Shown here piece after piece: positions 7,351-17,010 of a stretch of 48,284 nucleotides of DNA. Source of the stretch: Bordetella parapertussis. Its GTDB lineage: Bacteria; Pseudomonadota; Gammaproteobacteria; Burkholderiales; SG8-41. The stretch is from assembly GCA_945865805.1 (NCBI GenBank), contig CAMBGJ010000001.1:1-48284 (forward strand), given 5' to 3'. The stretch's first letter is position 1; each line of letters opens with the position of its first letter. The notes below the pieces were generated by a model. That model saw nothing but the letters and a program-made list of their open reading frames with translations. It was not told where the DNA came from and did no database searches. Position numbers and translations under genes: made by a program.

Positions 7351-7803
7351 ATGGGGCGCCGGGCTGCGTATGCGTTGTGGTTTGCATTGAGCGTCGGCGC
7401 TGTTCCGCTTGCCGGGGCGGCCGAGTTTCGCGCGGCCAGCGACGAAGCGGTCATTCTGTACGACGCGCCTTCCACGCAATCGCAAAAACGTTTCATCGTC
7501 AGCCAGGGTTATCCGCTGGAAGTCATTGTGGTTCTGCAAGGCTGGGTGAAAGTGCGTGACGCCACCGGCGCGCTGAACTGGGTCGAGGCGGGCAAAGTCA
7601 GCACCAAGCAACGCACGGTCATGGTGAAAGTAGCCTCCGCGCAAATCCGCACCGAGGCCGATGAAAATTCGCCGCCGGTGTTTCGCGCACAACAAAATGT
7701 TGTGTTGGATCTGACCGAAACTCTCGCCAGCGGATGGCTCAAGGTGCGCCACCGCGATGGCACCGTCGGCTACCTGCGCGCGACGCAGGTGTGGGGCGTG
7801 TGA
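7351..7803 (+). CDS. secreted bacterial SH3-domain protein
   Basis: Internal ATG at 7351 in the 6994..7803 frame. Signal peptide MGRRAAYALWFALSVGAVPLAGAAE. Two SH3b-like halves (GWVKVRD..., GWLKVRHRDGTVGYL). Confidence 0.7.
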   Translation: MGRRAAYALWFALSVGAVPLAGAAEFRAASDEAVILYDAPSTQSQKRFIVSQGYPLEVIVVLQGWVKVRDATGALNWVEAGKVSTKQRTVMVKVASAQIRTEADENSPPVFRAQQNVVLDLTETLASGWLKVRHRDGTVGYLRATQVWGV

Positions 7804-7856
7804 CGCGCGCGATTCCTGCTTTTCGCGTCTTCCGTTCTTAACGCTAATTTCTCAAA

Positions 7857-8840
7857 ATGAACATCGCCGTGCTCGGTGCGGGTGCCTGGGGCACCGCGAT
7901 GGCTGTACATCTTGCCGCGCGCCATGCAGTAACGCTGTGGGCGCGTGACGCGGCACAAGCCGCAACGCTGAACACCCAGCGCGTCAACCAGCGGTATCTG
8001 GCGGATATCACCCTACCCGCCGCGATTAATGTCACGGCTGATTTACCGCTGGCGCTCAACAACGCAACACTGGTGCTGGCAGCGGTAACCACTGCGGGCC
8101 TGCGCGAAACCTTGCAGCGGCTCAACGCGGCGGGGTGTATTGTGCCCGTGGTGTGGCTGTGCAAAGGCTTCGAGCGCGAACAGGCGCTGCTGCCGCATCA
8201 GATTTGTGCCGCTGAATTGCCCCACGCAACGTGCGGCGTGCTGTCCGGCCCCAGCTTCGCCGAGGAAGTCGCGCGCGGCCAGCCGACGGCGCTGACGCTG
8301 GCCTCGGGCAACGCCGAATTCGCGCGCGCAGCGGCGGGTGATTTGCACGGCGGCTCGTTGCGGGTGTATTCCAGCAGCGACGTGGTGGGCGTTGAAGTCG
8401 CCGGCGCGGTGAAAAACGTGATGGCCATCGCCACCGGCATTTGCGATGGCCTTAATCTCGGGCTCAACGCGCGCGCGGCGCTGATGACACGCGGCCTGGC
8501 GGAAATCACGCGGCTTGGCGTGGCACTCGGTGGACGCACGGAAACCTTCATGGGACTCGCGGGCGTGGGCGATTTGATTCTCACTTGCACCGGCAATCTG
8601 TCGCGCAACCGGCGTGTGGGGCTGATGCTCGCGCAAGGCAAAGCGCTCGACGCCATCCTCGCCGAACTCGGTCATGTGGCTGAGGGCGTCTACAGCGCCC
8701 GCGAAGTGGCACGCATCGCCAAGACGCGCGGCATCGATATGCCGATTACCGATGCAGTGTGCCGCGTGCTCGAAGCGCCCGGCTCGGCAGCGGCGATGGC
8801 GCGCGAGTTACTGGCGCGGGATGCTAAATCCGAGTCATGA
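7857..8840 (+). CDS. gpsA: NAD(P)H-dependent glycerol-3-phosphate dehydrogenase
   Basis: 327 aa with [14 protein letters not shown]...GPSFAEEVA...KNVMAIATG...[18 protein letters not shown]. Confidence 0.95.
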   Translation: MNIAVLGAGAWGTAMAVHLAARHAVTLWARDAAQAATLNTQRVNQRYLADITLPAAINVTADLPLALNNATLVLAAVTTAGLRETLQRLNAAGCIVPVVWLCKGFEREQALLPHQICAAELPHATCGVLSGPSFAEEVARGQPTALTLASGNAEFARAAAGDLHGGSLRVYSSSDVVGVEVAGAVKNVMAIATGICDGLNLGLNARAALMTRGLAEITRLGVALGGRTETFMGLAGVGDLILTCTGNLSRNRRVGLMLAQGKALDAILAELGHVAEGVYSAREVARIAKTRGIDMPITDAVCRVLEAPGSAAAMARELLARDAKSES

Positions 8841-8884
8841 AGCCTCGTTGAATTTCGACCCAATCAACAAATTCAAAAGCATTC

Positions 8885-8956
8885 GCCACAGAGGACACAG
8901 AGGTCACAGAGAACCCCGTCTTTGAATTTCTCTGCGACCTCTGTGTTCTCTGTGGC
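8885..8956. repeat. family A long palindrome (arms built from tandem CACAGAGGN units)
   Basis: gccacagaggacacagaggtcacagagaa pairs with ttctctgcgacctctgtgttctctgtggc (2 mismatches). It lies directly after gpsA. Confidence 0.85.
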
Positions 8957-9002
8957 AAAAAAGGTGTTGAAATGCTTGCCGTAATCAGTGCATTAAAATA
9001 CT

Positions 9003-9022
9003 CAATAAAAACAAATAGTTAC
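9003..9022 (+). repeat. AT-rich box copy 3 (forward)
   Basis: CAATAAAAACAAATAGTTAC ends 13 nt upstream of the ATG at 9036. No Shine-Dalgarno sequence lies between them. Confidence 0.6.
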
Positions 9023-9035
9023 ATAACAAATCCTA

Positions 9036-9995
9036 ATGAACATCGATCCGCAAACCCAATCCTTCATCCGCCAGAAAGTGCTGCGCGCGATCTCCAGCAA
9101 CCGCGCGCCGGGCATGCATTTTGTCGGTTACTTTCTGGATTTAACCGTTCCGCGCTATGAAAAATCCGGCGTCGAATTTGTCGTCGAATCCGGCCCGCAT
9201 TGCACCGACGCCAACGGCGTGGTCAATCGCGCGGTGCTGATCTATCTCGCGGACATCGCGCTGGCGGGCGCGAATCGCGTGTTCAGCGACCCCAATGCGC
9301 GCACCGCCACGCTGATGTTACGCACGGAATTCACCGGCGAACCGGCCATCGGCACGTTGACAGCGGTGTGTCAGGGTAGTGGCTTTTCACCGCGCACCGC
9401 ACTGCCGGAAAGTTTCGCCAGCGGGCGCCTGATGTGTGGTGGGGCGAACGGTCGAGAAGTGATGCGCATGTCCGGCACGTGGGTGTCGCCCCCCGCGCCC
9501 CAGGGTCGCGTGATGGCCGGCCTGCCTTGGGAAGGCGGCGAAAACGGCAATCTGCGGCCTTTGCTCAAAAAGAATGAACTCGAAGCCGTCGAAAAAATAA
9601 CCGTAAGCCGCTTCGAAAAAGCCCTGCGCACCACACCCAATGGCGACGTGCTGGCACTGCTGTGCGATCCCGTGGTCAAGAAAACGGCGACGGGCGCCAC
9701 CGGCAAGTTGGCGGTGGGCCTGCACATCGGCAACCGTGTCGGCCACGTTCAAGGCGGTTTTTTGATGCACGCCGCGCTGGTCGCTGCCAAAGCCGCCGTG
9801 CCACAACACCCACTGCTCACCGGCGCCTCCTCCTGGTACATCAGCCCCGGCGAAGGCAAAGCCATCACCGCGCGCGCCACCATCCTGCAAAGCGGGCGTA
9901 ATGTCGCGGTGGTGCGCACCGAGTTATTTAATGCGGATCGCCGGTTGGTGCTGGAGGTGATTTCGAATCATGCGGTGGCGGCGCGGGTGGAGTGA
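9036..9995 (+). CDS. tandem hotdog-fold (PaaI-type) thioesterase-like protein
   Basis: 319 aa. Two halves each carry PaaI-like signatures (GVVNRAVLIYLADIALAGA...; GHVQGGFLMHAALVAAKAAV...GRNVAVVRTELF). The family call rests on motif resemblance only. Confidence 0.55.
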   Translation: MNIDPQTQSFIRQKVLRAISSNRAPGMHFVGYFLDLTVPRYEKSGVEFVVESGPHCTDANGVVNRAVLIYLADIALAGANRVFSDPNARTATLMLRTEFTGEPAIGTLTAVCQGSGFSPRTALPESFASGRLMCGGANGREVMRMSGTWVSPPAPQGRVMAGLPWEGGENGNLRPLLKKNELEAVEKITVSRFEKALRTTPNGDVLALLCDPVVKKTATGATGKLAVGLHIGNRVGHVQGGFLMHAALVAAKAAVPQHPLLTGASSWYISPGEGKAITARATILQSGRNVAVVRTELFNADRRLVLEVISNHAVAARVE

Positions 9996-10042
9996 TTGTT
10001 GCCACTGGGCAGAAGCCAGTCTGATGTCGACGGCTGGAGTTC

Positions 10043-10122
10043 GTAGCCTGTAAGTAGCGCAGCGTATTACAGGGTCAACCCCATGTTTTGTCCCGTAATA
10101 CGTAGCGCTACTTACGGGCTAC
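10043..10122. repeat. single-copy long palindrome between convergent genes
   Basis: gtagcctgtaagtagcgcagcgtattacaggg pairs with cccgtaatacgtagcgctacttacgggctac. The right arm overlaps the stop codon of the 10112..11011 gene. Confidence 0.75.
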
Positions 10123-11011
10123 CGTTTTGGACGCGCGCATTTAACGCGTCGACATATTCGTCGCGTATTTGAGGTACAAGTGTCGCGATCGACAATGAGG
10201 CACTTTGAGGGCCTTCTGCAAAAGAGGCAACTTGATAAGGAGCGAATAGTATTTCTATACCTTTGTCCTTGAAGATAAAGTTGTCAAAACAATCCCACTT
10301 CGATGTCCCTTCGTCTATCCAGTCTCGTGTGATTTTCTGGTCGCCTTTTCCCGAGGCTAGAATTGGATACAACGCTTCGCGAACGCGCGACTGAATGAAA
10401 ACAAGCGCTTTCTCCGGTTCTTTGAAAAGTTGCGACAAAGAGTTGATAAGAACAAGAGGTTCTAGCAAAAAGTTAAATGTGAGAAAGTGGTAATTTGAAT
10501 GCACAGCCCCTGCGCCATACCAACTGACAGAATATTGGACGCTAATAATTTTTCCTATCAAGATTGATTCGCCACAATGGGCATCGTAGGTATTTGTACG
10601 GAAAAATTTGTCTTGCTCAAAATTATAGAATTCACTTGCTGGTTCGAGTGTTTGTTGGCGGTGTTGAAAGAGAGTGAGTAAGAGACGTCCTTTGATGTAA
10701 TCTGTAATTTCCGTGATCTTGGGAAATCGCTCCGACCTGAAAGCTAGCCAATCGAATCGCACGTCGTAACCAGGTGCACCGTCCGACGCCTCATGAAATG
10801 TTTGTGATTCCCACACAATTCCTTCATTCTTTTGGATTGCATTTCGTGCTTTGCCAACACGTTGCTGTTGATGGCGAATGGCATCTGCAATTCGCTCGTT
10901 ACAGTTCGGCTCGGATGCTTTGATATGCTGAATTCCTCTTAACTGAGGTGGAATTGGTGCGTCATCTAACAGGATGGGAATAATGTAAATATCGTCAATC
11001 CGCCCTGTCAT
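10112..11011 (-). CDS. AT-rich foreign-looking gene: C-terminal remnant of a TIR domain fused to a DUF3298/RsiV-like domain
   Basis: The N-terminus MTGRIDDIYIIPILLDDAPIPPQLRGIQHIK looks like the last strand/helix of bacterial TIR domains. An in-frame TAA lies immediately upstream of the ATG, and the next gene ends 6 bp away. The central WYGAGAVHSNYHFLTFNFLLEP...LSQLF resembles the DUF3298 'GGAH' core. The region is visibly lower in GC than its flanks. Confidence 0.5.
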   Translation of the reverse strand: MTGRIDDIYIIPILLDDAPIPPQLRGIQHIKASEPNCNERIADAIRHQQQRVGKARNAIQKNEGIVWESQTFHEASDGAPGYDVRFDWLAFRSERFPKITEITDYIKGRLLLTLFQHRQQTLEPASEFYNFEQDKFFRTNTYDAHCGESILIGKIISVQYSVSWYGAGAVHSNYHFLTFNFLLEPLVLINSLSQLFKEPEKALVFIQSRVREALYPILASGKGDQKITRDWIDEGTSKWDCFDNFIFKDKGIEILFAPYQVASFAEGPQSASLSIATLVPQIRDEYVDALNARVQNGSP

Positions 11012-11017
11012 TTACAC

Positions 11018-11971
11018 TTAATCCACACGGATGTTCGCCGCCTTGATCACCCGCGCGTACTTGGTTGAATCCGCTCGCACCAACGCGGCGAATTGTTCGG
11101 GGCGCATCGTTAGCGGCGTCATCGCGTCGTCCGACAATCGTTTTTTGAAGCTGGGGGTATCCAGATGCCGGGCAATATCCGCCGAGATTCTGTCGGCCAC
11201 GGCGTTCGGCGTTGCTGGCGGCGCCAGCATGCCGTACCAGATGCGGATGTCGAACGCGGGCACACCGCTTTCCGCGAAGGTGGGCGTCTGGGGCAAGGCT
11301 TGCAGGCGTTCATCAGAGCCGATGGCGATGGCTTTCAGGCGGCCATTCTTCACGTGTGCGATGGTCGAGATGGGTATCGCAAAATAGAGCTGCACTTCGC
11401 CGCCAATCAGCGCGGTGAGCGTCGGCCCACCGCCTTTATACGGAATGTGCTGCATGCTTACACCCGCGAGCATGTTGAACAGCGCGTTCGCCAGATGCGC
11501 CGGACTGCCGCCGCCCGCCGACGCGTAATTCAATTGCCCCGGACGTGATTTCGCCAGCGCGATGAGTTCCTGCAATGTGCTGGCGGGCACGGCGGGATGC
11601 AACACCAGAAGAAAATCCGTGCTGCCCAGGGTTGCGATGGGCGTGAAGCCCTTGACCGGATCGTACGGCGCGGGAACCAGCAGCGGTGTAATGATGTGGG
11701 TGGGCGTCGCCACCATCAACGTGTAACCATCCGCCGCTGCACGCGCCAGCGTATCGCCGCCGATAAAACCGTTGCCGCCGGGACGGTTGTCGATCACCAC
11801 CTGCTGGCCCCAGCCCTCGGTCAGCTTCTGACCGAGCAGGCGTGCGAGTACATCGCTGCTGCCACCGGGCGCGTTGGGGGTGAAGATGCGCACCGGGCGG
11901 GTGGGGTAAACCGGCTGCGCGTACGCGTGCAGGGCAGTGACCAGCAGCGCGGCGAGCCAGAGCGTGCGCAT
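11018..11971 (-). CDS. Bug/TctC-family tripartite tricarboxylate transporter substrate-binding protein
   Basis: Signal peptide MRTLWLAALLVTALHAYAQ, then PVRIFTPNAPGGSSDVLAR...YASAGGGSPAHL...IPYKGGGP, the Bug family signatures. An alternative GTG start at 11986 overlaps the dapE stop (GTGA). Confidence 0.9.
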   Translation of the reverse strand: MRTLWLAALLVTALHAYAQPVYPTRPVRIFTPNAPGGSSDVLARLLGQKLTEGWGQQVVIDNRPGGNGFIGGDTLARAAADGYTLMVATPTHIITPLLVPAPYDPVKGFTPIATLGSTDFLLVLHPAVPASTLQELIALAKSRPGQLNYASAGGGSPAHLANALFNMLAGVSMQHIPYKGGGPTLTALIGGEVQLYFAIPISTIAHVKNGRLKAIAIGSDERLQALPQTPTFAESGVPAFDIRIWYGMLAPPATPNAVADRISADIARHLDTPSFKKRLSDDAMTPLTMRPEQFAALVRADSTKYARVIKAANIRVD

Positions 11972-11982
11972 GCGGCACCGCT

Positions 11983-13116
11983 TCACTTAACCAACAAATT
12001 CACCAGCACCTGCTTGTAAATCTTTTGCAGTGGCTCGATTTCTTCCACCCCCACGCATTCGTTGAGCTTGTGTATGGTGGCGTTGGTCGGGCCGAACTCC
12101 ACCACTTGCGGGCAGATGTCGGCGATGAAGCGGCCATCCGAGGTGCCGCCGGTGGTGGATAGCTCGGTGTCCACGCCGGTCACGGACTTGATGGCTTTGG
12201 CGATGGCGTCCACCAGATCGCCGCGCGGGGTGAGGAACGGCCGGCCATCGACGCGCCACTCCAAGTCGTAGTGCACGCCGTGTCTGTCGAGGATGTTGAC
12301 CACGCGCGTTTCCAGCGACTCGATGCTGCTTGCGGTTGAGTGGCGAAAGTTGAAACGCACGGTGGCGCTGCCGGGAATCACGTTGTTTGCACCCGTACCC
12401 GAGTTGAAATTGGAAATCTGCCAGGTAGTCGGCGGAAAATATTCGTTGCCGTTGTCCCATTTGGTTTGCGCGAGTTCGGCGATTGCAGAGGCGACTTCGT
12501 GGATGGGATTGCGCGCCATGTCGGGATACGCCACGTGGCCCTGTATGCCTTTCACTGTCAGCACGCCGGTGAATGAGCCGCGGCGGCCGTTCTTGATCAT
12601 GTCGCCGAGCTTTTTCACCGAGGTCGGTTCGCCCACCACGCAGTAATCGAGCTTTTCGCCGCGCGCGGTGAGCGCCTGCACCATGCGCACGGTGCCGTCG
12701 ATGGCAGGGCCTTCTTCGTCGGAGGTGAACATCACCGCCAGCGAGCCGGGGTGATCCGGGTGTTCGTTGACAAAATCGCGGATCGCCAGCACGAAGGCCG
12801 CGAGCGAGGTTTTCATATCCGCCGCACCGCGCCCGTAGAGCCAGCCGTCCCTGATCGTCGGGGTGAACGGGTCACTCGTCCATTGATCGAGCGGGCCGGT
12901 GGGCACCACATCGGTGTGGCCGGCAAAGCACACCAGCGGCCGCGCGGTGCCGCGCCGCGCCCACAGATTGCTGACCCCGCCCATGTCGATTCGCTCGCAG
13001 GTGAAGCCCAGCGGTTCCAACAGGGGAATGAGGATGTCGAGACAGCCTGCATCATCGGGAAACTGCGATTTGCAGCGGATGAGTTGTTGGGTGAGTTCCA
13101 GCGTATTGAGTTCCAT
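11983..13116 (-). CDS. dapE: succinyl-diaminopimelate desuccinylase
   Basis: 377 aa with [16 protein letters not shown]...[11 protein letters not shown]...[16 protein letters not shown]...SDEEG, the M20 DapE pattern. Confidence 0.95.
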   Translation of the reverse strand: MELNTLELTQQLIRCKSQFPDDAGCLDILIPLLEPLGFTCERIDMGGVSNLWARRGTARPLVCFAGHTDVVPTGPLDQWTSDPFTPTIRDGWLYGRGAADMKTSLAAFVLAIRDFVNEHPDHPGSLAVMFTSDEEGPAIDGTVRMVQALTARGEKLDYCVVGEPTSVKKLGDMIKNGRRGSFTGVLTVKGIQGHVAYPDMARNPIHEVASAIAELAQTKWDNGNEYFPPTTWQISNFNSGTGANNVIPGSATVRFNFRHSTASSIESLETRVVNILDRHGVHYDLEWRVDGRPFLTPRGDLVDAIAKAIKSVTGVDTELSTTGGTSDGRFIADICPQVVEFGPTNATIHKLNECVGVEEIEPLQKIYKQVLVNLLVK

Positions 13117-13173
13117 GCGTTACATACTCCTTGTAGTCTGCGGTTCATGGATATCTACGCGTTTGCACGGAAA

Positions 13174-13298
13174 CGCCCTCCCCTTCAGGGGGAAGGCGGG
13201 GATGGGGGTGGGGTTTCAAGCCATCAAGCTATTTGACCCCATCCCCACCCTGGCCCTCTGCTCCGCTTCAAGTGTGCCCTTGCCCTTGAAGCGGGAAG
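13174..13298. repeat. family B nested palindrome (GGGGATGGGG / CCCCATCCCC arms)
   Basis: Left arm is ccctccccttcagggggaaggcggggatgggggtgggg and right arm is ccccatccccaccc.... The right arm carries its own 10-bp hairpin, ccgcttcaag/cttgaagcgg. Confidence 0.8.
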
Positions 13299-13412
13299 AA
13301 ATCCGCACGCTTTGTTGAATAATACGTAGATACCTGCCATTGAGCGAACAGCGAATCTTATCAAAGTGCGGGTAGAATCCCCTGCCATTCATCAACCCTT
13401 TTTTTGTCTGCC

Positions 13413-14417
13413 ATGTCAACCAAACCCGCCCTGATCATCTCCCATCGTTGTCACGCCGTGTTCGCGGAAGAACTTACCGCCGCTGTGGCCCGCTTGAAAC
13501 TGCCGCACGACGTGGTGGCGTTGCCCGTGGACAAGGACGCACGGCTATCGGAAGCTGATGTCGCGCGCGGCGAGATTGCGTTTTATTCGCAGGATTTGAA
13601 TCCGGCCCATGGGCGGCAGTTTTTTTCGGCGGTGCGCAAAGGGCCGAACATGAAGTGGATACACGTGTTCAACATCGGCGTGGATCACCCGATTTACACC
13701 GAGATGCTCGAACGCGGCGTAAAAGTCACCACTTCTGCCGGCACCACCGCGATGCCGATTTCGCAGACCGCCCTCACCGGCATGTTGATGCTGTCGCGCG
13801 GCTTTCCGTTATGGATGAAATCACAGGCCGAACACCGCTGGCAGCAGGTGCGCCTGCAGGATTCGCCGGCCGATTTGCCGGGGCAAACCGTGCTGGTGTA
13901 CGGCATGGGTTCCATCGGCGCCGAGTTCGCGCGGCTCGCCAAGGTGCTGGGCATGCATGTGATCGGCGTGCGCCGCAGCCCGCGCAAGGCCGATGACCCG
14001 GTGGACGAAATGCACCAGCCTGATCAAATCGACAAGCTGTTGCCGCGCGCGCAATGGTTGATGCTGTGTTCGCCGCTCACTAGCGAAACGCGCAAACTCA
14101 TCAACGCGCAACGTCTGGCGCTGCTGCCCAAGGGCGCGCATGTGTTGAATGTGTCGCGCGGCGAAGTCATCGACGAAGCGGCGATGATCGACTCACTCAA
14201 GAGCGGGCATCTGGCCGGCGCGTATCTCGATGTGTTCGAGCAGGAGCCGTTGCCCGCCGAATCGCCGCTGTGGAGTTTGCCCAACGTCATCATCACGCCG
14301 CACAACTCGACCAGTTCGCGCGGCAACGAGCGGCGTGTGTTTGACTGCTTTACACGCATACTCGAACAGTGGGCCAACAAACAGCCGCTGACCAACGAAG
14401 TGTTACGCACGGGCTAG
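13413..14417 (+). CDS. D-isomer-specific 2-hydroxyacid dehydrogenase family protein
   Basis: NAD-binding motif VLVYGMGSIGAEFARLAKVLGMHVIGVRR and catalytic region NVSRGEVIDE...LDVFEQEPLP...NVIITPHNS. ATG at 13413 is preferred over the TTG at 13404. Confidence 0.85.
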   Translation: MSTKPALIISHRCHAVFAEELTAAVARLKLPHDVVALPVDKDARLSEADVARGEIAFYSQDLNPAHGRQFFSAVRKGPNMKWIHVFNIGVDHPIYTEMLERGVKVTTSAGTTAMPISQTALTGMLMLSRGFPLWMKSQAEHRWQQVRLQDSPADLPGQTVLVYGMGSIGAEFARLAKVLGMHVIGVRRSPRKADDPVDEMHQPDQIDKLLPRAQWLMLCSPLTSETRKLINAQRLALLPKGAHVLNVSRGEVIDEAAMIDSLKSGHLAGAYLDVFEQEPLPAESPLWSLPNVIITPHNSTSSRGNERRVFDCFTRILEQWANKQPLTNEVLRTG

Positions 14418-14427
14418 TTGATAAAAA

Positions 14428-15411
14428 ATGCTATTAAAACAAATACTTACGTTAATTACGCTGCTGGGCGCCGCTAGCGCGTACGCACAATCCGCTTCGA
14501 CCGGCTCAGGACAGGCCTACCCGGCAAAATCCGTGCGCATCATCGTGCCCTTCGCGGCGGGCGGCAACACCGACTTCACCGCGCGCACCATCGCCGCCAA
14601 GTTGACCGAAAATCTTGGCCAGCAGTTTCTGGTGGACAACCGCCCCGGCGGTTCCACCAACATCGGCTCTGACATGATCGTCAAGTCGCCGCCCGACGGC
14701 TACAATATTTTGCTCGGCGGCGCGGCCAATGCCATCAATGTTGCCGCGCTGGCCAAGGTGCCGTTTGATCTGCAGCGCGATCTGGCGCCGATTGTGTTGT
14801 GCGTGAAAGGCGCGAACGTACTGTCGATACATCCGTCGCTGCCGGCGAAGAATCTCAAGGAGCTGATCGCACTGGCGAAAGCCAGGCCGGCGCAGTTGAA
14901 CTACGGCACGTCTGGCGTTGCCAGCTCCAATCACATGGCGGCGGAATTGTTTGTTTCCATGGCGGCGATCAAACTGAATCACGTGCCGTACAAAGGCAAC
15001 GCCCCCGCGCTCACCGATCTGATCGGCGGCCACGTCGAAATGATCTTCAGCGGCGTGCCGGCGTTGATCCCGCACATCAAGAGCAGGCGCATCCGCTCAG
15101 TGGCCATCGGCAGTCCCAAGCGGTTCGCCGCCATACCCGGCGTGCCCACCTTCGACGAGCAGGGCTTGAAAGGCTACGAGGCCTCAACCTGGTTTGGCTT
15201 CATGGCGCCCAGCAAAACCCCGCGCGAGATCATCGCCAAACTCAACACCGAGACCGGCAAAATCCTCGCCAGCAAGGACATCCGCGAGCGGTATCAGACC
15301 GAAGGCCTGGAGCCGCAGGGCGGCACGTCAGAGGCATTTGCACAATTCATCGCTGCGGAAATCGCGCTCTACACCCGCGTGGTGAAAGGCGCGAATCTGC
15401 CGAAGCTGTGA
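14428..15411 (+). CDS. Bug/TctC-family substrate-binding protein
   Basis: Signal peptide, then SVRIIVPFAAGGNTDFTAR...YGTSGVASSNHM...VPYKGNAPAL. Confidence 0.9.
   Translation: MLLKQILTLITLLGAASAYAQSASTGSGQAYPAKSVRIIVPFAAGGNTDFTARTIAAKLTENLGQQFLVDNRPGGSTNIGSDMIVKSPPDGYNILLGGAANAINVAALAKVPFDLQRDLAPIVLCVKGANVLSIHPSLPAKNLKELIALAKARPAQLNYGTSGVASSNHMAAELFVSMAAIKLNHVPYKGNAPALTDLIGGHVEMIFSGVPALIPHIKSRRIRSVAIGSPKRFAAIPGVPTFDEQGLKGYEASTWFGFMAPSKTPREIIAKLNTETGKILASKDIRERYQTEGLEPQGGTSEAFAQFIAAEIALYTRVVKGANLPKL
14432..14450 (+). repeat. AT-rich box copy 4 (forward; inside codons 2-8 of the Bug gene)
   Basis: TATTAAAACAAATACTTAC starts 4 nt after the ATG and is read as L-L-K-Q-I-L-T. Confidence 0.6.
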
Positions 15412-15447
15412 TGCGCTAGCGTAGTGTTGCAATCTTGATGAGGCATT

Positions 15448-15556
15448 CCCTCCCCTTCAAGGGGAGGGTTAGGGTGGGGATGGGGTGACTACAGCAACCA
15501 TCCAGCTCGAAAAATACCCCATCCCCCTCCCGACCTCCCCCTTGAAGGGGGAGGGG
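15448..15556. repeat. family B nested palindrome
   Basis: ccctccccttcaaggggagggttagggtggggatgggg pairs with ccccatccccctcccgacctcccccttgaagggggagggg. It lies between convergent genes. Confidence 0.85.
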
Positions 15557-15607
15557 TTTCGCAGAGATTCCCGATCACATAAGTGCCATACCGTGTGAAA
15601 CACTGCG

Positions 15608-16774
15608 CTAGCGGTTCAATCGCGTTTCGACCATCCGTGCGAACACGCTGGCCCCCAGCGGCAGCGCGCCATCGTTAAAATCGTAAGCGGGGTTGTGCAC
15701 CTCGCACGCGCCTTCGCCGGCGCCGTTGCCGATGTTGAAATAACAGCCGGGCACTTTTTCCAGCATGAATGAAAAGTCTTCCGAAGCCACAATCAGATTG
15801 GGGTTGCGGTTCACATTGCCCGCGCCCGCTACTTCGGCACACACTGCCGCCGCGAACTCGGCCTCTTTCGCGTCGTTGACCGTGGGCGCGAAGGTCACGC
15901 GAAAATCGAGTTCCGCTGTTGCACCAAATGCTTCGGCCGTCGCCTTGACCACGCGCCGCATGGCCCTTTCGATCTGCGTCATCACTTCGGGCGTGAACGC
16001 GCGTACGGTGCCTGCGAGCTGTGCGGTTTGCGGAATCACGTTGTAGGCATCGCCACTGTGGATTTTGGTCACCGACACTACCGCCGGGTCGACTGGCCGC
16101 AAGTTACGCGCCACGATGCTCTGCAAAGCAATGACGATATGCGAAGCGACCAGCACCGGATCAACGCCCGCTTCGGGCCGCGCGCCGTGCGCGCCCTTGC
16201 CGGTGACGTGGATATCAAAAAACGCGCCACCGGCCATCATTGGCCCCGCGCGCACCGCAAATTGGCCCACCGGCAAACCGGGCCGATTGTGCATGCCGAA
16301 CACCGCCTCGCAGGGGAATCTGTCGAACAGGCCATCCGCGATCATCGCGCGCGCGCCGCCGATGCCCTCTTCGGCGGGCTGAAAAATAAAATTCACCACA
16401 CCGTTAAAGCGCCGGGTTTCCGCAAGGTATTTCGCCGCACCGAGCAGCATGGTGGTGTGGCCATCGTGACCGCAGGCATGCATACAGCCCTCGTGCGTCG
16501 AACGGTGCTCGAAGGTGTTGGCCTCTTGGATCGGCAAGGCATCCATGTCCGCGCGCAGCCCCAGCGATCGTGTCGAGTCGCCCGAACGCAGCACGCCCAC
16601 CACGCCGGTTTTGCCGATGCCGGTGTGCACTTCGAGACCGTATTCACGCAACTTGGCCGCGACGATGGCCGCCGTGCGGTTCTCTTCAAACCCCAGCTCT
16701 GGATGAGCATGGATGTCGCGCCGCCAACGGGTCATTTCGTCCTGCATGATTTCGATGGATTCGATCACTGCCAT
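15608..16774 (-). CDS. M20D-family amidohydrolase (hippurate hydrolase / N-acyl-amino acid amidohydrolase type)
   Basis: MAVIESIEIMQDEMTRWRRDIHAHPELGFEE...MHACGHDGHT...FQPAEEG. The ATG at 16774 is preceded by GAGGGA. The ORF-track extension to 16897 has no homology-like content. Confidence 0.85.
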   Translation of the reverse strand: MAVIESIEIMQDEMTRWRRDIHAHPELGFEENRTAAIVAAKLREYGLEVHTGIGKTGVVGVLRSGDSTRSLGLRADMDALPIQEANTFEHRSTHEGCMHACGHDGHTTMLLGAAKYLAETRRFNGVVNFIFQPAEEGIGGARAMIADGLFDRFPCEAVFGMHNRPGLPVGQFAVRAGPMMAGGAFFDIHVTGKGAHGARPEAGVDPVLVASHIVIALQSIVARNLRPVDPAVVSVTKIHSGDAYNVIPQTAQLAGTVRAFTPEVMTQIERAMRRVVKATAEAFGATAELDFRVTFAPTVNDAKEAEFAAAVCAEVAGAGNVNRNPNLIVASEDFSFMLEKVPGCYFNIGNGAGEGACEVHNPAYDFNDGALPLGASVFARMVETRLNR

Positions 16775-17010
16775 GATGTTCCCTCGGGTGTTGTGTTCGT
16801 TGTCGCTGCGTGGGAAATAGATTACACCATGCGCCAGCAGGTGCGTCGAGGTGATCCCGCCCTCGCGACTATGACAAAACGGCATTTTCAGGCGCAATGA
16901 GACACAACTGTTGCGAAAGTTGTGTGTGTTAGCGTTGAACTATAAACTCATCCGCGAAGGCGGCGAATTGCCCACGCTTCGGCCGCACTATCCCATTACC
17001 AGGAGATCCC

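Noticed and set aside
6582-7496. 304-aa minus-strand ORF overlapping grxC and secB. Similar long antisense or out-of-frame ORFs include 30523..32076 (-), 16028..16900 (+), 24191..25180 (+), 33529..34551 (-), 46155..47231 (-) and 27543..28565 (+)
   Set aside because: These are typical shadow ORFs of GC-rich DNA. They are Arg/Ala/Gly/His-rich and low in complexity, show no recognisable domains, and lie fully opposite or out of frame to genes with strong family signatures.
13334-13392. Direct repeat CCTGCCATT(G/C)A, present twice 47 bp apart upstream of the 13413 dehydrogenase gene, as a regulator binding site
   Set aside because: It is only a 9-10 nt match occurring twice, with no dyad symmetry and no regulator gene nearby. 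The evidence is too weak to call.
15608-16897. Long N-terminal extensions in the ORF track: 15608..16897, 21708..22838, 26680..28041, 28629..29873, 20507..21526, 17374..18459, 44516..45277 and 42511..43185
   Set aside because: The extensions lack homology-like sequence, overlap neighbouring genes or repeats, and precede internal starts that yield canonical N-termini, signal peptides or ribosome-binding sites. The features list reports the trimmed coordinates.
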